From Octopus sinensis (lineage: Eukaryota): a stretch of DNA of 64,000 nt. The stretch is taken from positions 2,542,001 through 2,606,000 of the forward strand of contig NC_043014.1 of assembly GCF_006345805.1 (NCBI RefSeq). The letters run 5' to 3'. The translations under genes and the position numbers were made by a program. Numbering within the stretch: the stretch's first letter is position 1; the number at the start of each line of letters is the position of its first letter. Below are positions 24,420-35,571 of the stretch, piece by piece. The notes under the pieces are model-generated. The model saw only the letters and a program-made list of their open reading frames with translations. It made no database searches and was not told where the DNA came from.

Positions 24420-24640
24420 GGCATCAACTTTAAAATTCATCCAAAGCTCTAAGGCTCATACCATCTGCCTTCCACAAAAACCATGCTTGTGTTACATCAC
24501 AATACAAAGACAAAGCTATTCCACTTCAACTGGCCTGGCTCTCTTTAACATTGTACTAAGACACACAAGAACAAAATTTCATAACATTCAAATGTTCCTG
24601 GAAGAATATTTCCAACAAATTCCGGATAAACCACATACAT
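24420..24640 (+). mobile_element. Decayed LINE C-terminal relic
   Basis: GLALFNIV...FLEEYFQQIPDKPH is similar to the 25757-26066 LINE. Confidence 0.5.
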
Positions 24641-25335
24641 TCTTTAATTATAAATTTAACTTGTATATATAAGTTAAATTTAGAATCGAAGAATTAAGGT
24701 TTAAAAAAGGTGTTAAATGCCGTATCCAAACCTAGCTTCAGAGTAAGTCCCAGGTAGTATACCTGCAGAGCATGTTCACCATTTATGGTTATCAGGTGTC
24801 ATCAGTGTTCCTGTGCATTTGTCGTCGCATCTATGTTGGATTCCAAGGTGCACATAGGGTGTAATTTAAATGATTGCTATGGAAGGCAGAGTATAACTAG
24901 AAACTTTATTAGCACAACAATCGTTTCGGTTTCATTCAGCACTGCTCCTTAGTGGGTGTGGGATGATGTAATGACAACAGATGCAGTGCACAGGGCAAAA
25001 GAACCTTATCAGGTGATGTAACAGGCTTCAAAAGTTACCAGATTTACATTTCATTATTGCTCCATCATCCTCACTATCACCACTGCTACTACTACTACTA
25101 TCATCAGTAACTTATCTTGAACCCCTGCTGGGTATAAAGACTACCATCAAAGGTCAGTACCCCAAACTGGAGTGTCTCTTCAATAAATGCTTTTTGCATT
25201 TACTTATTATTTATTTGTTTTTATTTCAACCCAGTCTACTTTTAATTCATCTCCTTTTATCTGTTTATATATATATTTAGATATTTGTATTTCTTCCCTG
25301 GCTTCCTGCTCCACCTTCACCCTTTTATCACCATA

Positions 25336-25689
25336 CTAGCAGTATCGCCCGGCGTTGCTCGGGTTTGTAAGGGAAATAACTATAAAGCATTTTTAGAGAG
25401 TTATAGCCAAAAAATGGAAAAGAAATGATGGTAAATTTTCTTTTAGTTATAAGGTCGAGTTGCGTCCCCTAGACAGTCTGTGGTTTGTGTTTCTGATTCT
25501 CGACCCCATGTCGAATTTTTCGATTTTTTTCAGACTGGGGAACTTTTCAAAATTTTCGCTGCGTTAGTTTTGAATTATGACATTGGGCTATGTGTGTGTC
25601 AATTTCATCAGAATCCGTTGAAAGCCGTGGTCAGGGGAGGGTACAACGTGACAGACACACAGACAAACTGCCGTTTATATATAGAGAGA
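25336..25689 (-). mobile_element. Non-autonomous Helitron
   Basis: Minus strand 5' TC; 3' hairpin CCCGAGCAACGCCGGG then CTAG; inserted between A and T. Confidence 0.8.
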
Positions 25690-25756
25690 TTTCTATTGAG
25701 GCACACAACCCTTGTTTCAGTTAAGTTTGAAAGTAATGAAAGATTTTTTTAAAATG

Positions 25757-26066
25757 ATATAGGACAAGATACTGTGATAGCCTGGGCTTCAGAGGCCCAC
25801 AGTTCTTCAATATCCTCCCGAAGAACCTGAGAGACCTGCATGGGGTGGATGCAGATGTCTTTAAAATAAAACTGGATCTCTTCCTGTCAGGTGTCCCAGA
25901 TGAACCAACTTCACGGCAGGAGGTGCAGATGAGGGCAGCTGCATTGAACTCTCTCATGCACCAAATGGCAGTTGCTAAAAAGCATTCGTGAAGTAAAATC
26001 ATGTAGCAACACCAAATGGCGGTGCCCCAGCATGGCCACAGCTCGTGAGCTGAAACTAGATAAAAT
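25757..26066 (+). mobile_element. LINE 3' end (CR1/L2 group, PDEP C-terminus) with a hairpin tail
   Basis: YCDSLGFRGPQFFNILPKNLRDL..VFKIKLDLFLSGVPDEP..-stop; 3' tail GGCGGTGCCCCAGCATGGCCACAG. A second tail-only copy lies on the minus strand at 26945-27008. Confidence 0.8.
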
Positions 26067-26079
26067 TTAAAAAATATTA

Positions 26080-26476
26080 GGTGCAGGAGTGGCTGTGTGG
26101 TAAGTAGCTTGCTAACCATTCACATGGTTCCGGGTTCAGTCCCACTGCGTGGCATCTTGGGCAAGTGTCTTCTGCTATAGCCCCGGGCCGACCAATGCCT
26201 TGTGAGTGGATTTGGTAGACGGAAACTGAAAGAAGCCTGTCGTATATATGTATATATATATATATGTGTGTGTATTTGTTTGTGTGTCTGTGTTTGTCCC
26301 CCTAGCATTGCTTGACAACCGATGCTGGTGTGTTTACGTCCCTTTAGCGGTTCGGCAAAAGAGACCGATAGAATAAGTACTGGGCTTACAAAGAATAAGT
26401 CCCGGGGTCGATTTGCTCGACTAAAGGCAGTGCTCCAGCATGGCCACAGTCACATGACTGAAACAAGTAAAAGAGT
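26080..26476 (+). mobile_element. SINE family A
   Basis: Homologous to 4012-4399. Confidence 0.9.
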
Positions 26477-27192
26477 AATATCTTTGTTGCTTTTAAGCTG
26501 GGGTCAAGAATATAAATTTACACCAAACCTTGATGGTAAGCTTTAATTTAGGTCATTTCAAAGGAGGGAATTTCTATCATAGAATCAAAGTCCATCTCCT
26601 CCAGGTTTGAATTGAAAGGGGTCAGCTCTTAGCTTTCACCTTCTGTTGCTCCCCATTCACTGTATTTATTTATTTATTCAATCATTTATTGATTTTATTT
26701 TATATTTTATCTCTTTTCATTGAATTCTTTTATTGAATTCACAAACACCTTCACCTTCACCTTTTCTCTTCTTCTTTCTCCTTTTCTTTATTCCCTTCTT
26801 TTGTTTCTTTTTCTTCTTTTTACATTTTTCTCACACACACAAACAGGCAAACATCCTGTTTATTATAAGCCATTGACCTCTTGACTCCTCACCAAGCAAA
26901 AATATAGCACATACATTCTTTTATTCTTTTTGATTTGATTTTTGATTTTTCCAGTTTCAGCTTATGAGCTGTGGCCATGCTGGGGCACCGCCATTTGGTG
27001 TTGCTACTTGGTTTCACTTCACTTTTACTTGTTTCAGTCATTAGACTGCAGCCATGCTGGAGCACCACCTTTAGTCAAACAAACCCACCCCAGGACTTAT
27101 TCTCTGTAAGTCTAGTACTAGACTTAAACACACCAACATTGATTGTCAAATGATGGTCGGGGTGGGGGCACAAACACTGATACATAAATATA

Positions 27193-27399
27193 CTCTTTAC
27201 TCTTTTACTTGTTTCAGTCATTTCACTGCGGCCATGCTGGAGCACCGCCTTTAATCCAGCAACTCGACCCTGGGACTTATTCTTTTGTAAGCTCAGTACT
27301 TATTCTATCGGTCTCTTTTGCCGAACCGCTTAGTGACGGGGACATAAACACACCAACATCGGTTGTCAAGCAATGCTAGGGGGACAAACACAGACACAA

Positions 27400-27432
<33 letters not shown>

Positions 27433-27605
27433 CATATATACGACAGGCTTCTTTCAGTTTCTGTCTACCAAATCCACTCACAAGGCTTTGGTCTGCCCGA
27501 GGCTATAGTAGAAGACACTTGCCCAAGGTGCCACACAGTGGGACTGAACCGGGAACCATGTGGTTGGTAAACAATGCTACTTACCACACAGCCACTCCTG
27601 TGCCT
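27193..27605 (-). mobile_element. SINE family A
   Basis: Reverse complement of 4012-4399. Confidence 0.9.
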
Positions 27606-27686
27606 ATATTAGAAGAAATGAGGTACTCAGAAATGGTTTTATATTTACAGATATTTATTAATATGTCACATGTTTTTATAAATCAT

Positions 27687-27727
27687 ATATTAGCGCTTGC
27701 GTCCACTCTAGTGGAATCATCAGATTG
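27687..27727 (-). ncRNA. Decayed hammerhead motif
   Basis: CTGATGA-TTCCAC(TAGA)GTGGAC-GCAA-GCGC-TA; GAAA is mutated to GCAA and stem I is weak. Confidence 0.45.
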
Positions 27728-28282
27728 AACTTTTTAAGGAATTTTGTCTCTTTTTATAGTATTATTGAGTGTGTAAGGGTGGAGCGAGATATAAGATAGT
27801 ACAAGAGGGTGAGGAATGGGTAGAAAGTGAGAGAGAGAGTGTGTGTGTGTGTGTGTGATTTTGTATCTGAAAGAAGTGTCAATGGAAAAGAGATGGAAAG
27901 GAAGAAGGAAGAGAGAAAGAAGAAAAAAATGTGTTGACATCTTTGCAGCTGGTCAGTTCTTTCAATAGAAAGTGATTCTTGGCTTTTAGAAATGGCAAAC
28001 CCAGGTGGTCATTAAGGGGGGTAAATGTTATTTTTCAAAAAATTGTCTGGATTTCTTTTTATGATTGTCTTGTGTGTGTGTGAGAGAGAGAGAGTGTGTG
28101 TGTAAGTGTGTGGTCGTCTGTGTATCAGTTCCCCAAAAGAGACCCACAGAATAAGTACTGGGCTTACAAAGAATAAGTCCTGGGGGTCGATTTCTTTGAC
28201 TACAAAAACCTTTTAGGGCAGTGCTCCAGCATGGCTGCTGTCAGATGACTGAAACAAGTAAAAGACTAGAAAACAGATATAT

Positions 28283-28686
28283 AGGCGCAGGAGTGGCTGT
28301 GTGGTAAGTAGCTTGCTAACCAGCCACATGGTTCGGGGTTCAGTCCCACTGCGTGGCATCTTGGGCAAGTGTCTACTGCTATAGCCCCGGGCCAACCAAT
28401 GCCTTGAGAGTGGATTTGGTAGACGGAAACTGAAAGAAGCCTGTCATATATATATATATATGTGTATACGTGTGTGTTTGTGTGTCTGTGTTTGTCCCCC
28501 TAGCATTGCTTGACAACTTATGCTGGTGTGTTTATGTCCCCGTTACTTAGCGGTTCGGCAAAAGAGACCGATAGAATAAGTACTGGGCTTACAAAAAGAA
28601 TAAGTCCCAGGGTCGAGTTGCTCGATTAAAGGCGGTGCTCCAGCATGGCCGCAGTCAAATGACTGAAACAAGTAAGAGTAAAGAGT
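28283..28686 (+). mobile_element. SINE family A
   Basis: Homologous to 4012-4399. Confidence 0.9.
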
Positions 28687-28821
28687 ATATAAATGTAATC
28701 ATCATCATCATCATTATCATCATCTAATGTCTGTTTCCATTGCTGGTATAGGTTGGAAGGTTTGAAAGGAGTCGGTGAGGCAGAGAACAGCGCCAAGCTG
28801 TACTGTCTAGTTTCTCTAATC

Positions 28822-29040
28822 CAGTGCTTTTCAACATTTTTGCTGGAGCGGAACCCCAAGGAAACATTCCACTGGCTCGAGGAACCCCTGTGCAATAATT
28901 TAATAGACTTATGTACACATATCTGCACAGGAGGATTAAAAATTACTGCCGATTTTAGCAGTTTTGTAACTTCTTGCGGAACCCCTGGACTGTACTGGCG
29001 GAACCCTAAGGTTCCGAGGAACCCTGGTTGAAAACCACTG
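28822..29040. mobile_element. hAT-like MITE
   Basis: TIRs CAGTGCTTTTCAAC / GTTGAAAACCACTG; 8-bp TSD CTCTAATC/CCCTAATC. Confidence 0.85.
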
Positions 29041-30119
29041 CCCTAATCCTCCGGCTTCCTAGCACCTCTCATACTGTCCAACCCATGCCAGCATGGAAAA
29101 CGGATGTTGAATGGTGATGACAATATATATAGGTGCAGGCGTGGCTCTGTGGTAAGAGGTTTACTTCTCAACCTCATAGTTCCAGGTTCAGTCCCATTGT
29201 CTGCATTTCTGGCAGTTTTCTTCTACTATAACCCCAGGCTGTGGAGGCACATAGCCTTGAGGTTAGAGCAGTGGACTCGCAGTCGAGGGATTGTGGGTTC
29301 GAATCTCAGACCGGCCGTTGTGTGTGTTTATGAGCGAAACACCTAAGCTCCACGTGACTCTTCCACAAGGTAATGGCACATTTCTTCTGACTCTTTTGCC
29401 ACAACTTTCTTTCACTCTTTCCTCCTGCATCTTGCAGCTCACCTGCGACGGACCAGCGTCCTGTCCAGGTGGGGTAACTTATAATGCCAATGAAACCAGG
29501 AAACTGGCCCTTATGAGCCAGGCACGGCTCGAGAAGGAACAAACAACAACAACATAGCCCCAGGCTGGCTAAAGCCTCGTGAGTGGATTTGGTAGATGGA
29601 AACTGAAAGAAGCTTGTTGTATGTATGTGTGTGTTTGTGTTAATGTTTGTCTGCCACCATTGATTGACAATGGCTGGTTTGTTTAACTTAGCAGTTCAGC
29701 AAAGGAAACTGATAGCATAAATACCTGACTTAAAATAATACAGAGGGCTCAATTTCTCCCTACTAAACCCTTCAAGGTGGTGCCCCAGCATGGCCACAGT
29801 CCAAGCAACAGATAAATATATATACATTTGTGTGTGTGTGGATAGAGAGATAGATGATAGTTTTAATGGAAGAAAATTCTTCAGCTGCTGTTGCCTGGGC
29901 AGTGCTTAATTAGTGAGTACAAATGGTGAGTCTATGTAAACCCAATCTCTGTCAAGGTTTCTCTAATATTCTGTCCCCAACACCCCACTCACCCTTTCCC
30001 TCTCTTGTCTGGCTGTCTGTCCGTGTGTCTATCTTCTCAGTCAGTCAACAATCTATTTTTGTTCAAGCCACAGTTTCTCATTACCAGCATTCATTATGCT
30101 ATGCTATGTGCAATCTAGA

Positions 30120-30332
30120 CCTCCTCCTCCACCTCTCCTTCTACCTCCTCTTCTTCTTCTTCCTCCTCTTCTTCTTCTTCTTCCTCCTCCTCTTCTTCTT
30201 CTTCTTCCTCTTCTTCTTCTTCTTCCTCCTCTTCTTCTTCCTCCTCCTCCTCTACTTCTTCCTCCTCTTCTTCTTCTTCCTCCACCACCACCACCACCGC
30301 CACTACCTCCTCTTCCACCTCCTCCTCCTCTA
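30120..30332. repeat. (CTT/CCT)n polypyrimidine repeat
   Basis: Direct reading; source of the spurious poly-Glu, poly-Leu and poly-Phe ORFs. Confidence 0.95.
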
Positions 30333-30930
30333 CAGACTATAGAATCCTATCTTGGTAAACTAGGAAGTTCTCTGCCAGTTCTTCATTTTGCATCCTTGAC
30401 ATTTTCCATTTCACACGTTTTTTTTTCTTCTTTGTTACAAATTATCTTTTTTACACCTCACACAACACACACACACATGCAATTAAACACGTATGCATAA
30501 CCCTATACAAAACCACATTCATATCTACGCTTACAACCACTCACACACACACCTATATAAAGAACATAATCACATATATTTAGACAAACCTACACACAAC
30601 CACCTCTCCTTTCTCACACACACAAGATCTCACACATAAACTCATACACAAATATGCACATAGTCACACATACACACAATCTTAGCATTTTCTCTCTTGG
30701 CTTTTTGGTGCTTCTTGCAAATTCCTCAACAGGACGCAAAGTAAAGCTGCCTACCCTCTGTGCGGTTTGAACCCAGGGTTTTAGAACAAACAGCACAAGG
30801 CAGTTTATCCGATGCATTAACAACTCTGCTAATTCGCCGCCTTAATCTACCAGCATGGCTCAGTGGTTAGAGCACCAGGTTTACAATCACGAGGTTATGA
30901 GTTCAATTCCTGAACTGGACTGTGTGTTAC

Positions 30931-31272
30931 TCTTTCTCTTTTTACTCTTTTAGTTGTTTCAGTCATTTGACTGCGGCCATGCTGGAGCACCGCCTTTAGT
31001 CGAGCAAATCGACCCCGGGACTTATTCTTTGTAAGCCCAGTACTTATTCTATCGGTCTCTTTTGCCGAACCGCTAAGTGACAGGGATGTAAACACATGCA
31101 CATACATATACATATATACAACAGGCTTCTTTCAGTTTACATCTACCAAATCCACTCACAAGGCATTGGTCAGCCCGGGGCTATAGCAGAAGACACTTGC
31201 CCAAGATGCCATGCAGTGGGACTTAACCCAGAACCATGTGGTTGGTTAGCAAGCTACTTACCACACAGCCAC
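30931..31272 (-). mobile_element. SINE family A nested in an older SINE
   Basis: The host SINE head (30846-30930) and body (31275-31555) flank it. Confidence 0.85.
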
Positions 31273-31574
31273 TTCTGTGTTGTGTCTTTGAGCAAGACAC
31301 TTTATTTCACGTTGCTCCAATTCACTCATCTGTAGAATTGGGTTGCAATGTCACTAGTGCCACGTTGTATCAACCTCTTTGTCTCTCTCTTTGATAACGT
31401 TGGTGGCATGGCATCTAGAAGGGAGGCTGGTACGCATGGGTAACTGCTGGTCTTCCGTAAACAACCATGCCTGGCTTGTACCTTGGAGGGGAACTTTCTA
31501 GGTGTAATTGTGTAATCCCATGGTCATTCATGACTGAAGGGGGTCTTTACCTTTTATCAGTTGGGAGTGGAGAG

Positions 31575-32462
31575 GAGGATTAGCAGAATTATGAAGTTCT
31601 TGAGAAAACCCACCCACGTCAGCAAAACTAAGTTCTAGAAGCACTGTTTGTCCCACCCACACTTAACAAGAAAATTCCTCACACACTTTACCACAACAAA
31701 CCAAACTACGTCTCTACATCTCTTCCCTTCCTCACATTTCCACTTCATGCACTCTGATTACCCCTCACTCCCAAATCCTATCCTCTTGGCCCTGTGCCAC
31801 TGTATCATTGCTCTCCGCTTGCCCCCAACCTGTGTGTTTTACCCACATGCCTTGTCTCACTCTACCATCTATCTGCTAGCCCCTGATCTGTGTGTTCCAC
31901 CCACACACAACTCCTTCATACACTATGCCTAGCTCTCACTCCCTAATCCTGTCCCCACACCCTTGTTCCTCTGTATCATTGCTATCCATTAGTCCCCCTT
32001 CCAACTCTATATATACCCAGGTCTTTCACCACTTACTTGCACTCTTTAATCACGCTCCTTTCATAACATCCTGCCACTTGTATATTATGGCATTTGAACC
32101 TCAAGGGTTTGCCCTGGTACTTGTCACCACCTATATCTCTCTTTTCCTTTACTCAACCATCCCGTTTCTATTCTGATCCCTGTTCCTTGTGAGTATGCCT
32201 GGAATTTTGCTACCATCTCCATCCTGTTGTCTCTCTCTCCTTCTCCTGCACTCCCCTCAGGTTGGGCAACCGTGTATTTCCTTTGTGGTAGCACATCTCT
32301 GTCTTCATTCCTGATCTTTCTCTCCCCGGCCAGGTAACCTTGTACTTCCTCTACAGCAACACACCTGTATCTGTCTTACTATATCCTTTTCATCATCCAA
32401 CACAAGATCACCTCCTCCAATGCCCCCTCCCCTCGTGAAAGTTTATTTATTTATTTATTTTT
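31575..32462 (+). mobile_element. Long pyrimidine-rich interspersed repeat with a (TTTA)n tail
   Basis: The first 270 bp or so recur in reverse at 16560-16830; no ORF. Confidence 0.6.
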
Positions 32463-34065
32463 TTGTCTTGCAATATACTTGGTGACCCTGTGAGTGCAGG
32501 TGCCACTTAAAAGCACCTGGTCCACACTGTAAAGTGGTTGGTGTTCAGAGGGGCATCCAACTGTAAAAACCTTGCCAAAACTGAACTCACCTGTGCTTGT
32601 GTTACGTAAAAAGCACTATTCACCTCACCTGTGCTGGGGCCACGTAAAGAGCATTAAGTCCATCCTGCTAAAACAGTCACAGAAGTCTGGTGCAGGCTTT
32701 GGCCAGGTCGGCTCTTGTGAAACCGTCCTACCCATGCTAGCATGGAAGGCAGACGTTAAATGATGATGATGATGATTACAGGGATTGGTAAGATACCTTG
32801 TGGTACTCGTTCTTGTTCTTTTGAATTCTGGCAATAATATTTGTGACCAGTGCTGTCATAAAGCATGAACACATTGGGAAGTTACCCAGGGACCCATTTC
32901 GGATGTATGCATGCTGCGGCTTGCTGTCAATAAGTAAGTGCTATAGGGCTCATTGCAAACTCATGAGTTTAGGGACCCACCTTCTCATCTATATTTACTA
33001 GCTGTCAGTAAGTAAATGTTATAGCATCCAGCCTTCATCAGGTGTTTTGGGGAAATTTCGAACCTGGGTTCTCATTCCTAAGGTATTTTTTGATCGGTGG
33101 CATGTAAAAGTACCCACTACACTCTCAGAGTGGTTGGCGTTAGGAAGAGCATCCAGCTGTAGAAACTCCGACAGAAAAGATTGGAGCCTGGTGCAGCCAT
33201 CTGGTTTGACAGTTTTCGGTCAAATCGTCCAACCCATGGTAGCATGGAAAGCAGACGTTAAATGATGATGATGATGATGATATTAATAGATTCCCCAATA
33301 GCAGAGTAGTCCACTTATAGTGATTCAGGGTAAACCCCACACAAAAAAGTCCCAGATTATATTACAATCCCGAAAGCATGGAAAGTGTTTGTTTCCTCCT
33401 ACTTTGGAAAGCATACTCAGAGTAGATCCGTTCAGCCTCACCAGTCCTGACATCCTCATCCACCTTTTGATAAACACACTAGAGGGCAGCACCTCCCTCT
33501 CTACCCTCACCTCCCTCTTCAAACGATATTTGAAAGAATTTATGAGAGTTTGGCCAGTTAGGAAAGCGTCTGCCTTCGAACCTTTCAGACAAATTCTTTT
33601 GTAATTTTGGTTCAAGGCCAGCAATTCTGTGAATAAATCAATAACATCAACATCAGCATTAATAATAAAAATTTATGTTTGCGTATTAGTGTGCGTGTGT
33701 GTGTGTGTGCACTCAGATACAGAGAGAGGTGTATAGCTCCTTAGTTAAGCAACTGGGCTCTTGGTCAAAAGGCCTGGGTTTTCAGTCCAGGGAGCAGTTT
33801 GTTACCCTTAGGCTGGGCACTTTACAGCTTGTTGCTCCTGTCTACTCAACCGAGAATAAATAGCAATAATTGTGGCTTTTTCTCATTATGGGGAATGTCG
33901 TATTTTCTTAGGTTCTTGTACAGAACAAAAATCCAGAAAAGGCTTTGGTCTTGTTTGCTAGTTACAGGCAATTCTTTTTTGGTTTTCAAAATGTAACTAA
34001 ATGTGAATCGTTGGCGATTTTTTTCCCTCTGTCTTCCATTTCTCTTGGACTTTCCTCTGTCTCCT

Positions 34066-34100
34066 GTTTCTGAAGAAGAGCTTTGCTTGCAGCGTAAAAC
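34066..34100 (+). ncRNA. Decayed minimal hammerhead motif
   Basis: GTTT-CTGAAGA-A-GAGC(TTT)GCTT-GCAG-CG-TA-AAAC; GAAA is mutated to GCAG. Confidence 0.45.
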
Positions 34101-34190
34101 CACCTTTCTTTCCTTCCCTGAGCGTCTGCTAATACTTTGTATGTACCACGTCCTCGCGTTGTTGTTTTTCTTTTTTTTATTTATTAAGTG

Positions 34191-34935
34191 TATGGTTCCG
34201 GGTTCAGTCCCACTGCGTGGCATCTTGGGCAAGAGTCTTCTGCTATAGCCCCGGGCCGACCAATGCCTTGTGAGTGGATTTGGTAGACGGAAACTGAAAG
34301 AAGCCTGTCGTATATATGTATATATAAGTGTGTGTGTATGTGTGTGTGTGTCTGTGTTTGTCCCCCCTAGCATTGCTTGACAACCGATGCTGGTGTGTTC
34401 ATGTCCCCATCACTTAGCAGTTCGGCAAAAGAGACCGATAGAGTAAGTACTGGGCTTACAAAAGAATAGGTCCCAGGGTCGAGTTGGTCGATTAAAATCG
34501 GTGCTCCAGCATGGCCGCAGTCAAATGACTGAAACAAGTAAAAGAGAAAGATATATATTTATATACACACACACACACATAGGTGCAGGTGTGGTTGTGT
34601 GGAAAGAAGCTTGTTTACCAGCCACATGGTTCCGGGTTCAGTCCCACTGTGTGGCACCTTGGACAAGTGTCTTCCACAATAGCCAATCAAAACCTTGTGA
34701 GTAGATTTGGTCGACAGAAACTGAAAGAAGCCCATCGTGTGTGTGTGTGTGTGTGCTTGTTCTCCACCGCTGCTTGATAGCCGGTGTTGGTGTGTTTGCA
34801 TCCACATAACTTAGTGGTTTGGCAAAAGAGTAAGTACGAGGCTTAAAAATTTAAGTTCTGGGGTTGATTCTTTCGACTAAAGATTCTTCAAATTGGTGCT
34901 CCAGTTTGGCTGCAGTCTGAAGACTGAAAGAAATA
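34191..34935 (+). mobile_element. Two tandem SINE family A copies
   Basis: 34191-34548 and 34581-34935 are both homologous to 4012-4399. Confidence 0.85.
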
Positions 34936-34964
34936 AACTGATATGTATGTATGGACAAAAAGAT

Positions 34965-35155
34965 AGATAAATACGGACAGACAGATAGATACAGATGGAG
35001 AGACAGATAAATAGATAGATAGATAGATAGATAGATAAAGAGAGAGAGATAAAGAGACAGATAAATAGATATATAGATAGATAGATGGAGACAGGTAGAT
35101 AGATAGATATAGACAGACAGTTAGATAGATAGATAGATAGATAGATAGATATATA
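34965..35155. repeat. (GATA)n microsatellite
   Basis: Direct reading. Confidence 0.95.
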
Positions 35156-35404
35156 GTGACATAGTGTATAACGAGAAACAACTATCAAAATCACACCCTT
35201 CCATCTTCATAAATGAAAATAATAGCTAGTATATCTAGCCATGCAAAAATACTGTCTGGTCACGGCTGGAACGTCTTTGATCGTAGGCATGACCGGGAGT
35301 GAACATTAAAAGAAAAAAAAAAAAGAAATATTATATTCTAAGTATTATGTTGATAATTCCCCTCCCTAGATCAATAATTAAAGAAGGGGCAGGAGAGAAA
35401 GAAG

Positions 35405-35571
35405 AAAAAAAGACATTCGTGTTCATCCGAACGAGATTCGAACTCATGACCTCCAGGAGAGACTCCAATGATGTTGTGGAAATGTCCCAAACAAGAAAGC
35501 TTCTTATGTTAATTTCCATACGCCCCCACTTCCCTCGTTCCATTTCTAGTTCTGGATGGAATTTTTGCGTC
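35405..35571 (-). ncRNA. Candidate Pol III panhandle RNA or tRNA-derived relic
   Basis: B-box GAGTTCGAATCTC (35445-35433), T7 run 21 nt downstream, 5'/3' pairing, internal hairpin; A-box poor. Confidence 0.35.

Noticed and set aside
24915-25015. Possible hammerhead relic on the minus strand (CTGATAA...GAAACC GAAA CG)
   Set aside because: G8 is mutated, stem II holds an insert of about 65 nt, and there is no valid NUH triplet or stem I.
30096-30500. Poly-Glu, poly-Leu/Pro and poly-Phe ORFs
   Set aside because: Translations of a simple CTT/CCT repeat.
35520-35552. Resemblance to U6 snRNA (ACTAGAAATGGAACGA)
   Set aside because: Lacks ACAGAGA and the rest of U6; the match is short.
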